DNA of 64,000 bases. Source: Mobula hypostoma (Eukaryota). Positions 24,968 to 36,659 of this stretch are shown here, piece after piece (positions within the stretch are counted from its first letter, which is position 1; each line of letters begins with the position of its first letter). A model generated the notes under the pieces. It did no database searches, was not told the DNA's origin, and saw nothing but the letters and a program-made list of their open reading frames with translations. The DNA lies in the NCBI RefSeq assembly GCF_963921235.1, contig NC_086108.1:97404001-97468000 (forward strand), written 5' to 3'. Position numbers and translations under genes: made by a program.

Positions 24968-26749
24968 CCCTGCCAAGGTTCCGATGCCTTTCCCCAGGAA
25001 GCTGCAGTGCATGGTTGCAAATTTAGCAAAGACACTAATAAGCAATAAGTATGAATGGCTAAAGACTGACCAAAACTACAGGCTCATGTAATTTATTTCT
25101 AAATTAGTTTTTTCTATATTAAATCTCCCTTTTCCTTCAGTTAGCACCCACATCTAAAATATGCATGAATTTTAAGCTACAGTCAGGGCGGACAGTGACT
25201 GCCTAGTGGTTCCCCTTCTCCTCTGTGATAGCCAGGCCCAGAAAATGGCACAGCAATGCCAAGTCATCTTTCCAGATTCCTGCTGGGAGTGGGATGAGTG
25301 GAATTCTCACCAAGCCTTGGAAGCCTGATGTAGTAGTAGTAGTACAATCACTCGAGTTGACTCTGATGTTCTCTGACAGGGTTGTCTATTGGTGGGTCCT
25401 CAGGTGGCTGTTGTCTTGCCAAATGATAATGGCGAGGCTGGTCTGGAACGGTGATCTCCTGCTGCTGCTGTGATAGAGTCGTAGAGTCACAGGGTCACAC
25501 AGAATGGAAGCAGGCTCTTCGGCCCATCTTGTCCATGCTGTCCAAGATGTGTATCTGAGATACTCCAACTTGCCTGCGTTTGCCCCATGACCCAGAATGG
25601 ATGCGCGAGACAACGCTGCGAGATCATGAGAAGCAGCACATCGTGTACAGTATGGAAAGTAATAGAGCGTACAGGAGTGATTCAGGTGTGAAGCTTAAAA
25701 GCAATTCAGAGTTGATGGAAGATATTTCTGCCAGGCAAACACTGGTAAACTGTGGCTCTGGATGAGCTTGGCTCAGGCAGCCGTGTGAGTGTTATCTGAG
25801 TGAAGAGAGAAGCTTTCTGTGCGGCATTCTGATTGTCTCAGCAGTATGTGGAGCAGGGAGGAGAGTGCTTGGAGTTTGGTGGGTACAGGAGTAATCTCAG
25901 ACACACAAATATCCAGGAGGCCATCATTCTCCTCAACACCTTCATGTTGGACAGCTGGTGGTCGGACACCCGTGCATTTACATGCTTTTAATGAGAGGAC
26001 TACCCATAAAATGCTTGATTTGTCCGAGACAAATCAAGCCCTGCAAACTGGTGAATTTACTACCTACTTATTATTTCACTTTTTATGTTAAATGAGGCCT
26101 AAGCTATCGAAAGGTTGGCTGCCTTCCCAATGGTCCAGAATGTACAACACACCAGTATTAGTCCATTCTATTAATGGGGAACAAGGTCATTATTATAAGC
26201 TATATGACACTTGTTATATGAACATTCCTCTGCTAGTCTTGGTGCAGATGCACTCTGATTTGCTTCCAAGGCCTGAAAGTGTTGCTAAATGTATAGTTAA
26301 CATATTCTTTTGATAATAGAGCACAGGACAGTACAGCACAGTACAGGCCCTTCGGCCCACAATGTTAGGCTGTACTTGTAACCTACACAAAGATCAATTT
26401 AACCCTTCCCTTCCACGTAGCCTTCCATTTTTCTTCTATCCATGTGCCTAAGAGTCTCTTAAATATCCTACGTGTATCTGCCTCTACTACCAGCCTCAAT
26501 AGTGCATTTACCACTCTCTGTATAAAAATACTACCTCTGACATACCTCCCGTACTTGGTCCAATCAGCTTAAAAGTATGCCCTCTTGTATTAGACATTGC
26601 CCCCGGGAAACAGGTGCTGAATGTCCGTTCTGTCTCTTATCATCTTGTACATCTCTATCAAGTCACCTCTCTTCCTCCCTCACTCCAAAGGGAAAAAGCC
26701 CTAGCTTGTCCAACCTGTCCTCATAAGACATATTTTCTAATTCAGTAAC

Positions 26750-27180
26750 AGAGTACAATACATCTTGGGTACTAGCCTACAAAGTACCCTGGACATTTTC
26801 AGGGAGTGGTGTCTCAGAAAGGCAGCGTCCATTATTAAGGACCTCCAGCATGCCCTTTTCTCACTGTTACCATCAGGTAGGAGATACAGAAGCCTGAAGA
26901 CACACACTCAGCGATTCAGGAACAGCTTCTTCCCCTCTGCCATCCGATTCCTAAATGGGCATTGAACCCATGAATACTACCTCACTTTTTTAATATATAT
27001 TATTTCTGCTCAGAACAATTTTAATATATTCAGTATACGTATACTGCAATTTATTTATTCATTTACTTATTTATTGATTATCATTTATTCTTCTATATTA
27101 TGTATTGCATTGAACTGCTGCTAAGTTAACAAATTTCACGTCACCTGCCAGTGATAATAAACCTGATACTGATTCTGATT
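26750..27180 (+). mobile_element. Rex1/Babar-type LINE 3' fragment
   Basis: CLRKAASIIKD...LFSLLPSGRRYRSLKTHTQRFRNSFFPSAIRFLN; (CTGATT)n tail. Confidence 0.8.
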
Positions 27181-27593
27181 CAATATAAATTGAAGTAATT
27201 TCACATTAATAATTACACTCTTCTGGAAATGAAGATGAATTTATTGAAGATTGTTACAGCTTGGGGGGAGATAGACTGGGAAGAATGAAGTCCATTTTTT
27301 GAAAGTTTTAATTTGTCCATTTACTTGTAACTTTGGTTAAATTGATGATTACTGGTGATTAAAATTGCAAAAGGAATTGTAAAGGTTATAAAGTTACCTT
27401 TCTAACTGTGGAAAGTATTTGCACAATTTGTTGTCTTTTGTAGATTGGCTGTTTGTCTTTCAGTGCAGCTTTTCATTGATTCTATTGTGTTTCTTTGTAC
27501 CTACTCTGAATGGCCGTAAGAAAATGAATCTGTGGTGACATATATGTACTTTGATAATACATTTACTTTGAACTTTCTGAACTTTGAGTTAAA

Positions 27594-28511
27594 CTACTAT
27601 TATGTCGACTCAGGCCTAGAGGGCCGGCGTTGGGCACGATGACGGACTCTCCACTTCTCCCTCTCCCTCATCAGTATGTTCAGTTCATCTACATTAGCCG
27701 CGCCGCTGTCTTCTAGGAGCGTGTTGATCATAGTCTTGGGAGGGCGCCCAGGGTTCATCCTCTCGTGCTTGGGCTCCCATATGATGACTAGGCTGGCAGG
27801 TAGCTCGGGGTGGCATAGACAGTGCCCCACTAGTTGCAGTCTTCTCGCCTCGGTTTTAGTGGTGAGCATCGGTAGGTTGTTATAGAGCTCGACATCCGTC
27901 ATGTGCTGTTGCCAACTCACGTCAAGAGCCATCCGGAGCATTCGTGTATAGCAACCATCTAGAAACTTTCGCATCGACTTGGTGAGTATCCACGTCTCGC
28001 ATCCGTACGTGAGAATGGACTCTATGACTGCTATGAAAATCCTCTTTTTAAGCTCTCTGGTCAGGTTCGACTTCCAGATTTCCTTCATGTCGTTCATAGC
28101 CCTCCACGCCAGCGCCTCCCGTATGTTTATGTCATTCTCCAAACTCATCATTCTTGACCCGAGGTACTTGTAGTCAAAGGTTTTCTTAATGGTACCATTC
28201 TCTATAGTCTTTAGAGTACCTTCATTGCCGTTAAACGCCATGTACTCTGTCTTTTTAGCGTTTAGGTGAAGTCCAACTTCATTGCGTTCTATTTCCACTT
28301 TTGTCAGTAGCTGCTGTGCTTCTTCCATCTGGTCAGAGAGCAGGACTATGTCATCTGCAAAATCGAGATCTGTGAGCGTGACTGGTCTGACCCTTTTGGT
28401 TCGCCATGGTTTTATGGTAAAACCAAGCTTGTCATGATCTTTGGTAGCCTGACGCAGAGCGTAATCAAGGACAACTATAAAGATGTAGGGTGCCAGAGTG
28501 TCTCCTTGCAG
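27594..28511 (-). mobile_element. 5'-truncated RTE-clade LINE with an uninterrupted 303-aa RT/C-terminal frame
   Basis: Frame 28511-27600 reads LQGDTLAPYIF...DLDFADDIVLL...KKTEYM...YKYLGS...LTYGCETW...GRPPKT; short TAA/TAG tail. Confidence 0.9.
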
Positions 28512-28814
28512 CTAGGAGCTCAAACACTGCTGTTTCTCCATGGTTTTGGTATAGCTGGACTCTATCGCTCTCAGTAGATGGTCTGGTTAAAACAAATGTA
28601 AAAATGTCTCAAAAGCACTGTAGATCCATAACATTACCAACTTATGTTTCAGATTCAGGTAAGCTGTTGAATCTGAGCTATTAATCACTCTGTTGGGCTG
28701 CTAATTGTCTTTTGATAATAAAAATGTCACTCCAACAGAGTCATTTATCCTTCCTGCAAATGCAACTTAATAATAAGTTAACATGGGAAACCAACCTGTT
28801 ACAGAAATAAACAG

Positions 28815-29232
28815 TTACAAGCATTGGAGAGGGTCCAGAGGAAGTTCACGAAAGTGATCTCGATAACGAAAAGGTTAAGCAAGTTGGGTCTTTACTAGCT
28901 GGAGTTTGGAAAAATGAGGAGAGATCTCACTGAAACCTGCTGAGTGTTGAAAGGCCTAGGCAGAGTGTTTGTGGAGAGGATGTTTCCTAGACTGGGGGAG
29001 TCTAAGGCCAGAGGGCATAGCCTCAGAATAGAAGGACATCCATTTAGAACGGAGACGTGGAGGAATTTCTTTAGCCAGAGGGTGGTGAATCTGTGGAATG
29101 CCTAAAAGCGGAGGTTGATAGGTTCTTGGTTGGCAAGGGTATTGAGGGTTACGGGGTTAATGAGATTGAGAAAGAATGGTGGTGCAGACTCAGTGGGCCG
29201 AGTGGCTCATGCCTGCATGTCTTATGTCTTAT
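28815..29232 (+). mobile_element. CR1 3' fragment, degenerate
   Basis: GGAGAGGGTCCAGAGGAAGTTCAC...TTTAGCCAGAGGGTGGTGAATCTGTGGAA is shared with other CR1 copies. Confidence 0.8.
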
Positions 29233-30960
29233 AACTGAGAGGAAGACAAAGCAGGCAGCAAAACTCTAGGGCTTTCCAACTGCACTCACTAATCACAAGC
29301 AGACTTGAAATTCTTCCTTTGACCTCAGAAGTGAACGTACTCCACATATTTGCCAGCAAAGCCAGCAGTTCTCTGCTCCCCACAAAAAAGTGGGGTGTTT
29401 GTCACAAAGATGAAAGTTTTAATGAACTCAAAGACAACTTAAAAATGCCATATATCTGAGGCAGCTCTATGTGTCGCACTCGGAATGGTAGCATGTTGGT
29501 TCACACCTAAGATTCCCCATATGGTGAATTCCCGACCACAGCTAGGCAAATTCCTCATCATGGTTTCCTGCAAGGCTGTGATTTTCACAACTTTTCTACA
29601 ATTTCTTTGAAAATGCCAGACGTGAAAGATTGTAATTTTGTCACAAGTTGAGGGAAAAGTTGCAGGGAGAAAGACAATCTTTTTTTAAAAATAGGACCCG
29701 ATGTTCTCAGAGAGAAAAGAAGCCAAAAAGAATGTTCACAGCACACTGACATTTGAAAGTAGTTGTTAAGTATAAAGGGTGTGCTCAGCTTTAATACTAC
29801 ACTTTGGACTGCTCAAGGGCCTTGGTAGTTTCAGAGACCGCGGCTATAAGAAAGGAATCTCTCACTGAACCAAAGTCAGAGTTGTTTTCATATTCCAATC
29901 TTGCTTTTAATCTCTGTTTAACAGGAATTTAGTTTGCAATGTTGACACCTCTGCACTTTAACACTGGGATTTCTTTGCCGGACAGAATCCTTTTCACTAA
30001 AACGAATACCCCATCTGGGTCTCTAAGGGACAATAATTGAGTTTAGGCTGGGTTTAAATAGTGATAAGGACAGAGAACACAGATGGGCTATTTCATTGAT
30101 TAACACTAACACCAGCCTTGGGCTGCTGTGTCAGGCACTGGATTTAGGATATTATAAGCAGAGTGACAGAGTTTTGGTACTTTATTCCTTCTCAATAACA
30201 TTCTTTCACATATTAAGTTAATTCCACCCTAGGTAGCTACTTTATCATGCAGAAGAACTTAATCCACTGATGTGACTCTATCTGCTCTTGCTTTGATGCA
30301 GCCTCTATTTATCAGAGTAATGCAGTCTGTGTAAGACAAAGTACTCGTGACAAGAACAACTGAATCAGGCTTTTAGAGGCACAGTGGCCTGACCTGCAGA
30401 ATCAGAAGCTGTTTTAAATGAAGTGACGTTGTTTACATCGTGAAAACAGACATGATTTTTTTGGGGCAGGAAGATCCAACTTCACTGATCTTCTTGTACC
30501 TCACTTTATCTTGTGCCGACCTTTGGCCTCTTCCTTAATGCCTTCTCAAGGCATCATGGACATAAGCCTTGTGGCGTTCTTTCAGAAGTGGGATTGGCCA
30601 TATCCCCACTGGTGAATGTAAGCAGCTGTTCGAGTTGGTGGTGAGGTTGTCCCAGCTTCTGTACTCTGGCTGGGAAAAAAGATTACAGGTCAGTCCCCAG
30701 TAGGAAGGGACAAAAGGAATCAAGCGGTTCAAGATTTTAAAAAACCTAGAGGCCATCACAGAATTTCACAGGTCTGATGTAGTCTTGCCATTTCTTCTTA
30801 AACTACTGGCATTGTTTCTGTGCAAAGGTTATAATTAATTTATATTTCAGCTCTCACAATTACTTGTTATCGTGAAACGTGTGGAATTTTGTTGAAACCA
30901 GAAGTCATAGAGTTGGGAACAGTCTAGTAAAAAGGTACAAAAAGTGATATTGTTACTTAG

Positions 30961-31309
30961 CTCCTGGCTCCTTCCCCCTTCCTTTACAGTCCTGATGAAG
31001 GGGCTTTGCCCAAAATAGTGATTGTTCATTCATTTCCGTAGGTGCTGCCTGACCTGTTGAGTTCCTCCAGCATTTTTTGTGTGTTGCTCAAGATTTCCAG
31101 CATCTGCAGAATCTCTTATGTTTGTGTTCCTCTACTCTATCGGTACCCCTTCTGATTTTATCTGCCTCTATCGGATCACCTTTCGGCCTCCTTCTCTCTG
31201 ATGAAGGGTCTCGGCCCAAAACATCGACCATCCATTCCTCTCCATAGAGGCTGCCTAACCTGTGTGTTCTTCTGCATTTCCAGCATTTGCAGAAACTCTT
31301 GTATTTACA
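30961..31309 (+). mobile_element. Two direct copies of the PLE terminal, hammerhead-containing segment
   Basis: CAGTCCTGATGAAGGG at ~30987 and CTGATGAAGGGTCTCGGCCCAAAACATCGAC at ~31198; flanked by TTACTTAG at 30953-30960 and 31310-31317. Confidence 0.75.
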
Positions 31310-32134
31310 TTACTTAGACTAAGGTTTTCGCATTTAACCAAACTTTCAGTAATATTAGAAAGCCAGCAGTTTTCACAGGGAGCTCATCAGTCATGGATAA
31401 TACTGACTTTTAAGTTACCCCATTTGAGCGCATTGTGATCAATCCATTCACCTGTCTGATTGAAGTACACAACCAATCCGATTCCTAAAGCCGCTTTTGT
31501 TAGGAAGGGTTTAGGTCTTTTTTTCTCTCTCTCTCTCTCTTCCTTATAATAACAGATGGTTCATGTATCTGTGTCTGAGCTGAGACTATCACTTAGACCA
31601 CAAGCAGGGAATGAGGGAAGCTCCCCCTGTTGCAATCCTAAGAAGGCCACAAGCCTGAGTAGAGAAAATGAAAAGGTGTTTTCAGGCCTTGTAGTGGTGT
31701 TAATTATCCAGAAACCACACAGAAAGTGCTCAGTGTCACAGAGTTGAGAGGTTGTGCATCTCTTCTTCCACAGATAAAAGGCATAGTATAAAACATTTTG
31801 CAGGGGACAATGACGTGAAGATTAACATAATCTTTCATTTGTATCCCCAGTAAGCTAGCCATGTGTGAGCCACTTTCTTCATTCCTTTTGCTCTCTAAGG
31901 AATGGCATAGGAAGAATAGGCTTTGTTACCAAAGCCCGACCGTTGTGTATTCCCGCCTTCATGTGATCATCCCCACTGATAGGATACTGCTCCTGTGATA
32001 ACTGGACAATGCGAGGGAAAGCGAGGTGTCAGTTCACCGACAAACCTTTTTCCCGTTACGTCATTCTTAACCCAAAGAGCTTATTACCAATAATTTAAAT
32101 TCAACGATCACATAAAACAGACTTCAATCAATTG

Positions 32135-32680
32135 GGGTGGCATGATAGCGTAACGGTTTACAGTGCCAGTGGCACTGGTTCAATTCCACCACTGTAAGGA
32201 GCTTGTACGTTCTCCCCGTGACCACGTGGGTTTCCTCTGGGTGCTCTGGTTTCCTCCCACATCCCCAAGATGTATGAGTTAGTAGGTGAATTGGTGACAT
32301 GAGTGCAATAGTACAGTACAAGCTCATTGGCCTGGAAGGACCTGTTACCCTGCTGAATCTCTAAATATATAAATTCATTTCTTCCAGTTTAAGATGCAGG
32401 AATTAAACAGTGTAGACTTCCTCTATTATTGTTGACTTACAGTCCACGGCAGCGTAGCAGTTAGTGTAACATTATTACAGCACCAGCAACATGGGTTCAA
32501 TTCCTGCCCCTGTCTGTAAGAAGTTTTTACATTCACCTGGTGAACACAGTTAGGTGCTCCTGTTTCCTCCCACGTTCCTAAGACGTGGGGGTTAATTGAT
32601 CATATGGGTGTAATGGGGTAGCTTAGGTTTGTTGGGCTGGAGGGACCTGTTACCATGTTGTATCTCAAAATAAACTAAAA
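32135..32680 (+). mobile_element. Two adjacent V-SINE (HE1-like) copies
   Basis: GGTTCAATTCC B-box and GGGTTTCCTCTGGGTGCTCTGGTTTCCTCCCACAT V-domain-like motif, repeated at ~32443-32680. Confidence 0.75.
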
Positions 32681-32936
32681 TAAATTTCTTCAACAGGAAA
32701 GCTTAATGGCATTTTCTCTGTAATACCTGAAAAATGAGCTCCGTGTTACCACCTGCAGTGGTGTGTGTGTCTGTGGCAGATAGTGCAGATACATCCACCC
32801 CACTTCCTTCCACAAGAAGCTCTGCAGTGTCCACTTATGGTCCCTCTGAGGGAGCTGGTCCAGAGATTTTCTCCTTAAAAAAAAACTATCACCTGAACTT
32901 GTAACTTCCTGCTTTAGGAACAGTAGTAGTTTTAGT

Positions 32937-33135
32937 CAAACCACAAACAGGAGAAAATCTGCAGATGCTGGAAATCCGAGAAACGCACACAAAATGCTGG
33001 AGGAACTTGGCAGGCCAGGCAGCGTCTATGGAAAAGAGTACAGTGGACGATTCAGACCGAAACCTGCCCAAAATGTCGACTGTGCTTTTTTCCATAGATG
33101 CTGCCTGGCCTGCTGAGTTCCTCCAACATTTTGTG
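32937..33135. mobile_element. PLE-derived fold-back mini-element with 15-bp TSD
   Basis: AGTAGTAGTTTTAGT at 32922-32936 and 33136-33150; internal inverted repeat of ~65-70 bp. Confidence 0.9.
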
Positions 33136-33439
33136 AGTAGTAGTTTTAGTTTAGATTTCTGAGATTCTTTCTCCATTTAATGAAATAATGACTAATTTGT
33201 AACCTAATTCCATATCTTCACTTTCCTTGCTAAATTATTTAGTAATCTTTCTTCCCTTCACCAGAGCTCTTTTTTCCTCCTCTACATACCCCTTCCCTTC
33301 TCAGTTCCTAGTGCTAAACAGCCTCCAACTTTGGAAGTCTTGTTCGAAACTCTCTGGAGACCAATATATTTCACCCGTGGCAGTAGAGCATACATAAAGA
33401 ACAATTCTTGAACAAAAAAGAACAATCTTTTTGTGTAAG

Positions 33440-34470
33440 CAAACTGAGCCTCTGTAACTACCTCTGCAACTGGATCCTTGACTTTGTCATTGGAAGACCA
33501 CGGACAGTGCAGATTGGAAATAACATCTCCTCCTCACTGACAATCAATACTGGCACACCTAAACGAAGAGTGCTGAGCCTACTGTTCTACTCTCTCTACG
33601 CCCATGGCAGTGTGGCTAGACACAGGTCAAACATCACCTATAGACTTGCCAATGACCCAGCTATTGTTGGCAGAATTTCAGATGGTGATGACAAGGCATA
33701 GAGGAGTGAGATAGATCATCTGGTTTAGTGATGTTGAAACTACAACCTTGCAGTAAACGTCAGTAAGACCAAAGAACTGATTGTGGACTTCAGGAAGGGG
33801 AAGTCAAGGGAACGCACACCAGTGCTTATCGAGGGATCAGCAGTGGAAAGTACGAGAAGTTTCAAGTTCCTGGGTGTCACCATCTCTGAAGACTTATCCT
33901 GGGCCCAACATATTGATGCAATTATAAAGAAGGCACGACAGAAGCTATATTTGGAGTTTGAGGGCACTTGGTATGTCACCCAAGACTCTTGCAAATTTCT
34001 ACAGAATTATCATGGAGAGCATTCTAGCTGGTCGTATCACCATCTAGTGAGGAGGAGCCACTGGAAAAAGATCGAGAAGATTTCAAACTCAGATAGCTCT
34101 GTCATGGGTGCCAGCCTCCCCAGTTTCGATGACATCTTCAAAAGGCGATGCCTCAAAGTGGCGGCATCTCTTATTAAGGACCTCATCACCCAGGACAAAA
34201 CCTCTTCCCATTGCTACCATAAAGGAGGAGGGACAGGAGCCTGATGACACACACTGAACATTTTAGGAACAGACTCTTCCCCACCACCATCAGATTTCTC
34301 AATGGACAATGAACCCATGTACACTACCTCACTACTTTTTTACTTTTCTTGCTCTCTTCTTATTATAGTTCATAGTTGTTTTTATTATAATATATTGCAA
34401 TGTACTTTCCTCAAAACGACATATTTTATGAAATACACCAATGATATTAAACTAGGTTCTGATTCTGATT
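33440..34470 (+). mobile_element. Rex1/Babar-type LINE 3' half, degenerate
   Basis: CNWILDF..GRPRTVQIGNNISSSLTINTGTP...; FKFLGVTISEDLSWAQHIDAIIKKARQKLY; (GATTCT)n tail. Confidence 0.85.
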
Positions 34471-36244
34471 CCTTCATAGTGCACAGTATGGAGTTTCGGC
34501 ACTTTAGAAAAATTTCCAAAAATATTGAGATCTGATGAAGGCCCTACCTAGGGTTCTGTCAACAGGGCTGAAAGCTTCAAATTCCTAGCAATGAACATCA
34601 TCTGTGCTGGTCCAACAATGCAGAAACCACAGGCAAGAAAGCTCCTCAACACCTTTACTTCTTCAGGAGGCTAAAGAAGTTTGGCATGTTGCATTTCACC
34701 ATCACCAGTTTTTGTTGATGCACTGCCAGAAGCATCCACGGCAATTACTCTGCCTGTGACTGCAAGAAACTGCAGAGAGTTGTGGACGCCTCTCAGAAGA
34801 TTCTCAAAACCAGAACCACCCCCTATGGATTCTGCTTTCATTTCTTCAACACAGTTGCTGGCCATCCACAGTAACACAAACATAAAATGCTGGAGGAAGT
34901 CAGCAGGTCAGGCAGCATCTATGGACCTGTATAAGAGTTGAAGTTTTGGACTGAGCCTCTTCATCATATCCAGAACAATAAGAATATTGGAGGAAGAAGA
35001 AGACAGATTAGAAAATAGGGGGTGGGTAAGGCATATAAACTAGGAGGTCTTCAGTTTTTGCTGCCTCAGTAAAGCAGATAGCATCACAAAAAACTCCACC
35101 TACTCCTTACGTTCTCTCTTCTCCCCCTCCCATTGTTATAAGACTATTGAATAATCCCCTTGTGTGATAAAATCAATCCTTGTCTTTATAATCATACCTC
35201 ATTATGGTCTTGCACCTTACTGATTACCCACTCAGCATATTCCCTGTAACTGTAACAGTTAATTCTCCATTCTGGTCTTACTTTTCCTTGTACTACCTCA
35301 ATGCACTGTCGTAATGAAACAATCTGTATGGACGGCATGCAAAAAAAGTTTTCACTGCACATTGGTACATGTCACAACAATAGAAAAATCTACCAATTTA
35401 ATTAACTTAATTTACTTTTCCCCATGGCAGAAGTATCTAAATCCAAGGGCCATAGGTTTAAGATGAGAGTAAGAGGGTTAGGGGGACCTGAGGAAGAGTT
35501 ATTTCACCCAGAGAGTGATTGAAATCTGCAGTGCACTGTGTTGAGAGGGGAGGGTGATGGAAGAAAGTACTCTCATAATATGTTAAGAAACATCTGTATG
35601 AACAGTTGAGTTGCCAAGGCACTATGGTCCATGGTCCAAACACTGGTAAATGGCATGAGCAGGAGAGGACAAAGGGAGAAAGGTGAATAGGGTTGAGAAG
35701 GATAATAAATCAGTTATGATGAAATGGCCTAATTCTGCTCCTACATTTTATGGCCTTAAATGTTGAAAGGTATATGACGGGACTTCATCTGTGCTGTATG
35801 ACTCAGTTTCCTTTGGACTCATTTGAGGAACAGCAAGAAATAGTATTGGTTTATTACTGTCACATGTACTGAGATACAGTGAGAAGCTTGTCTTGCACAC
35901 TGTTTATGCAGATCAAATCACAAAGTAAAACAACACAGAATAAAGTGTAACAGCTACAGAGAAAGTGCAGTGCAGGTAAACAATAAAATGCAAGATTATA
36001 ATGAGATAGACTGTGAAGTTAAGAGCCCACCTTATACGAGAGGTCCGCTCTAGAGTCTGATATCAGTGAGATGGAAGCTACAGGACATATCAGTGGAAAT
36101 TTAGGTCCCAGTTATTCTGTCTTCTCAGTGTGCCACTAGTCTGGAACATCATAAACTTTATACCATAGAACAACTTTGCTGTAGCTGATTCCATTGCAGC
36201 CTTCAGGGGGAGAACTAGATAAATTGATGGTGGAGAAACATTAC

Positions 36245-36547
36245 TCAGCCACGGACAGCCCTAGGCCCAGCTGCTCAAGGAGGAGAGTTGGGCATGGGCC
36301 TAGCAACCGCATGCTGTAAAAACCCAGAGCTACAGATACGTCAACAGAAGCTCCAAAAGACCTTATTCTGAGAGAGGAAAGGTCTTACCAAGAAGATGGG
36401 CTGCACCTGGGGATAACTTGAAAGACTTGCCCAGGACAGAGGACTCTGGTGAGTTGCTGTTGGTGGCCTATGGCCCAGTAGGGTGATGGGCAGAAGAAGA
36501 AGAAGAAGAAGAAGAAGAAGAAGAAGAAGAAGAAGAAGAAGAAGAAG
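36245..36547 (+). mobile_element. Bipartite RTE-derived non-autonomous element with (GAA)n tail (36491-36547)
   Basis: RTE 5'-like GTTGGGCATGGGCCTAGCAAC...TAAAAAC joined to an RTE 3' end reading LERLAQDRGLW*VAVGGLWP; about 19 GAA units. Confidence 0.65.
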
Positions 36548-36659
36548 CCATTGCAAAGATCTCGAGGAAGGGCTGGGAGTTGAACTAGTGACCTGAGATC
36601 TGACACAAAAAGGCTGGTGGAAAGGTCTATTTTCTACAGTAACTATTCTATGATTAACT

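Noticed and set aside
25990..26030. Possible SECIS (ATGA...AAA...GA)
   Set aside because: Spacing and helix II pairing do not fit, and no selenoprotein ORF is seen.
31556..31747. 63-aa ORF with acceptor-like sites on both strands
   Set aside because: Donor sites are weak, the strand is ambiguous and no product is recognisable.
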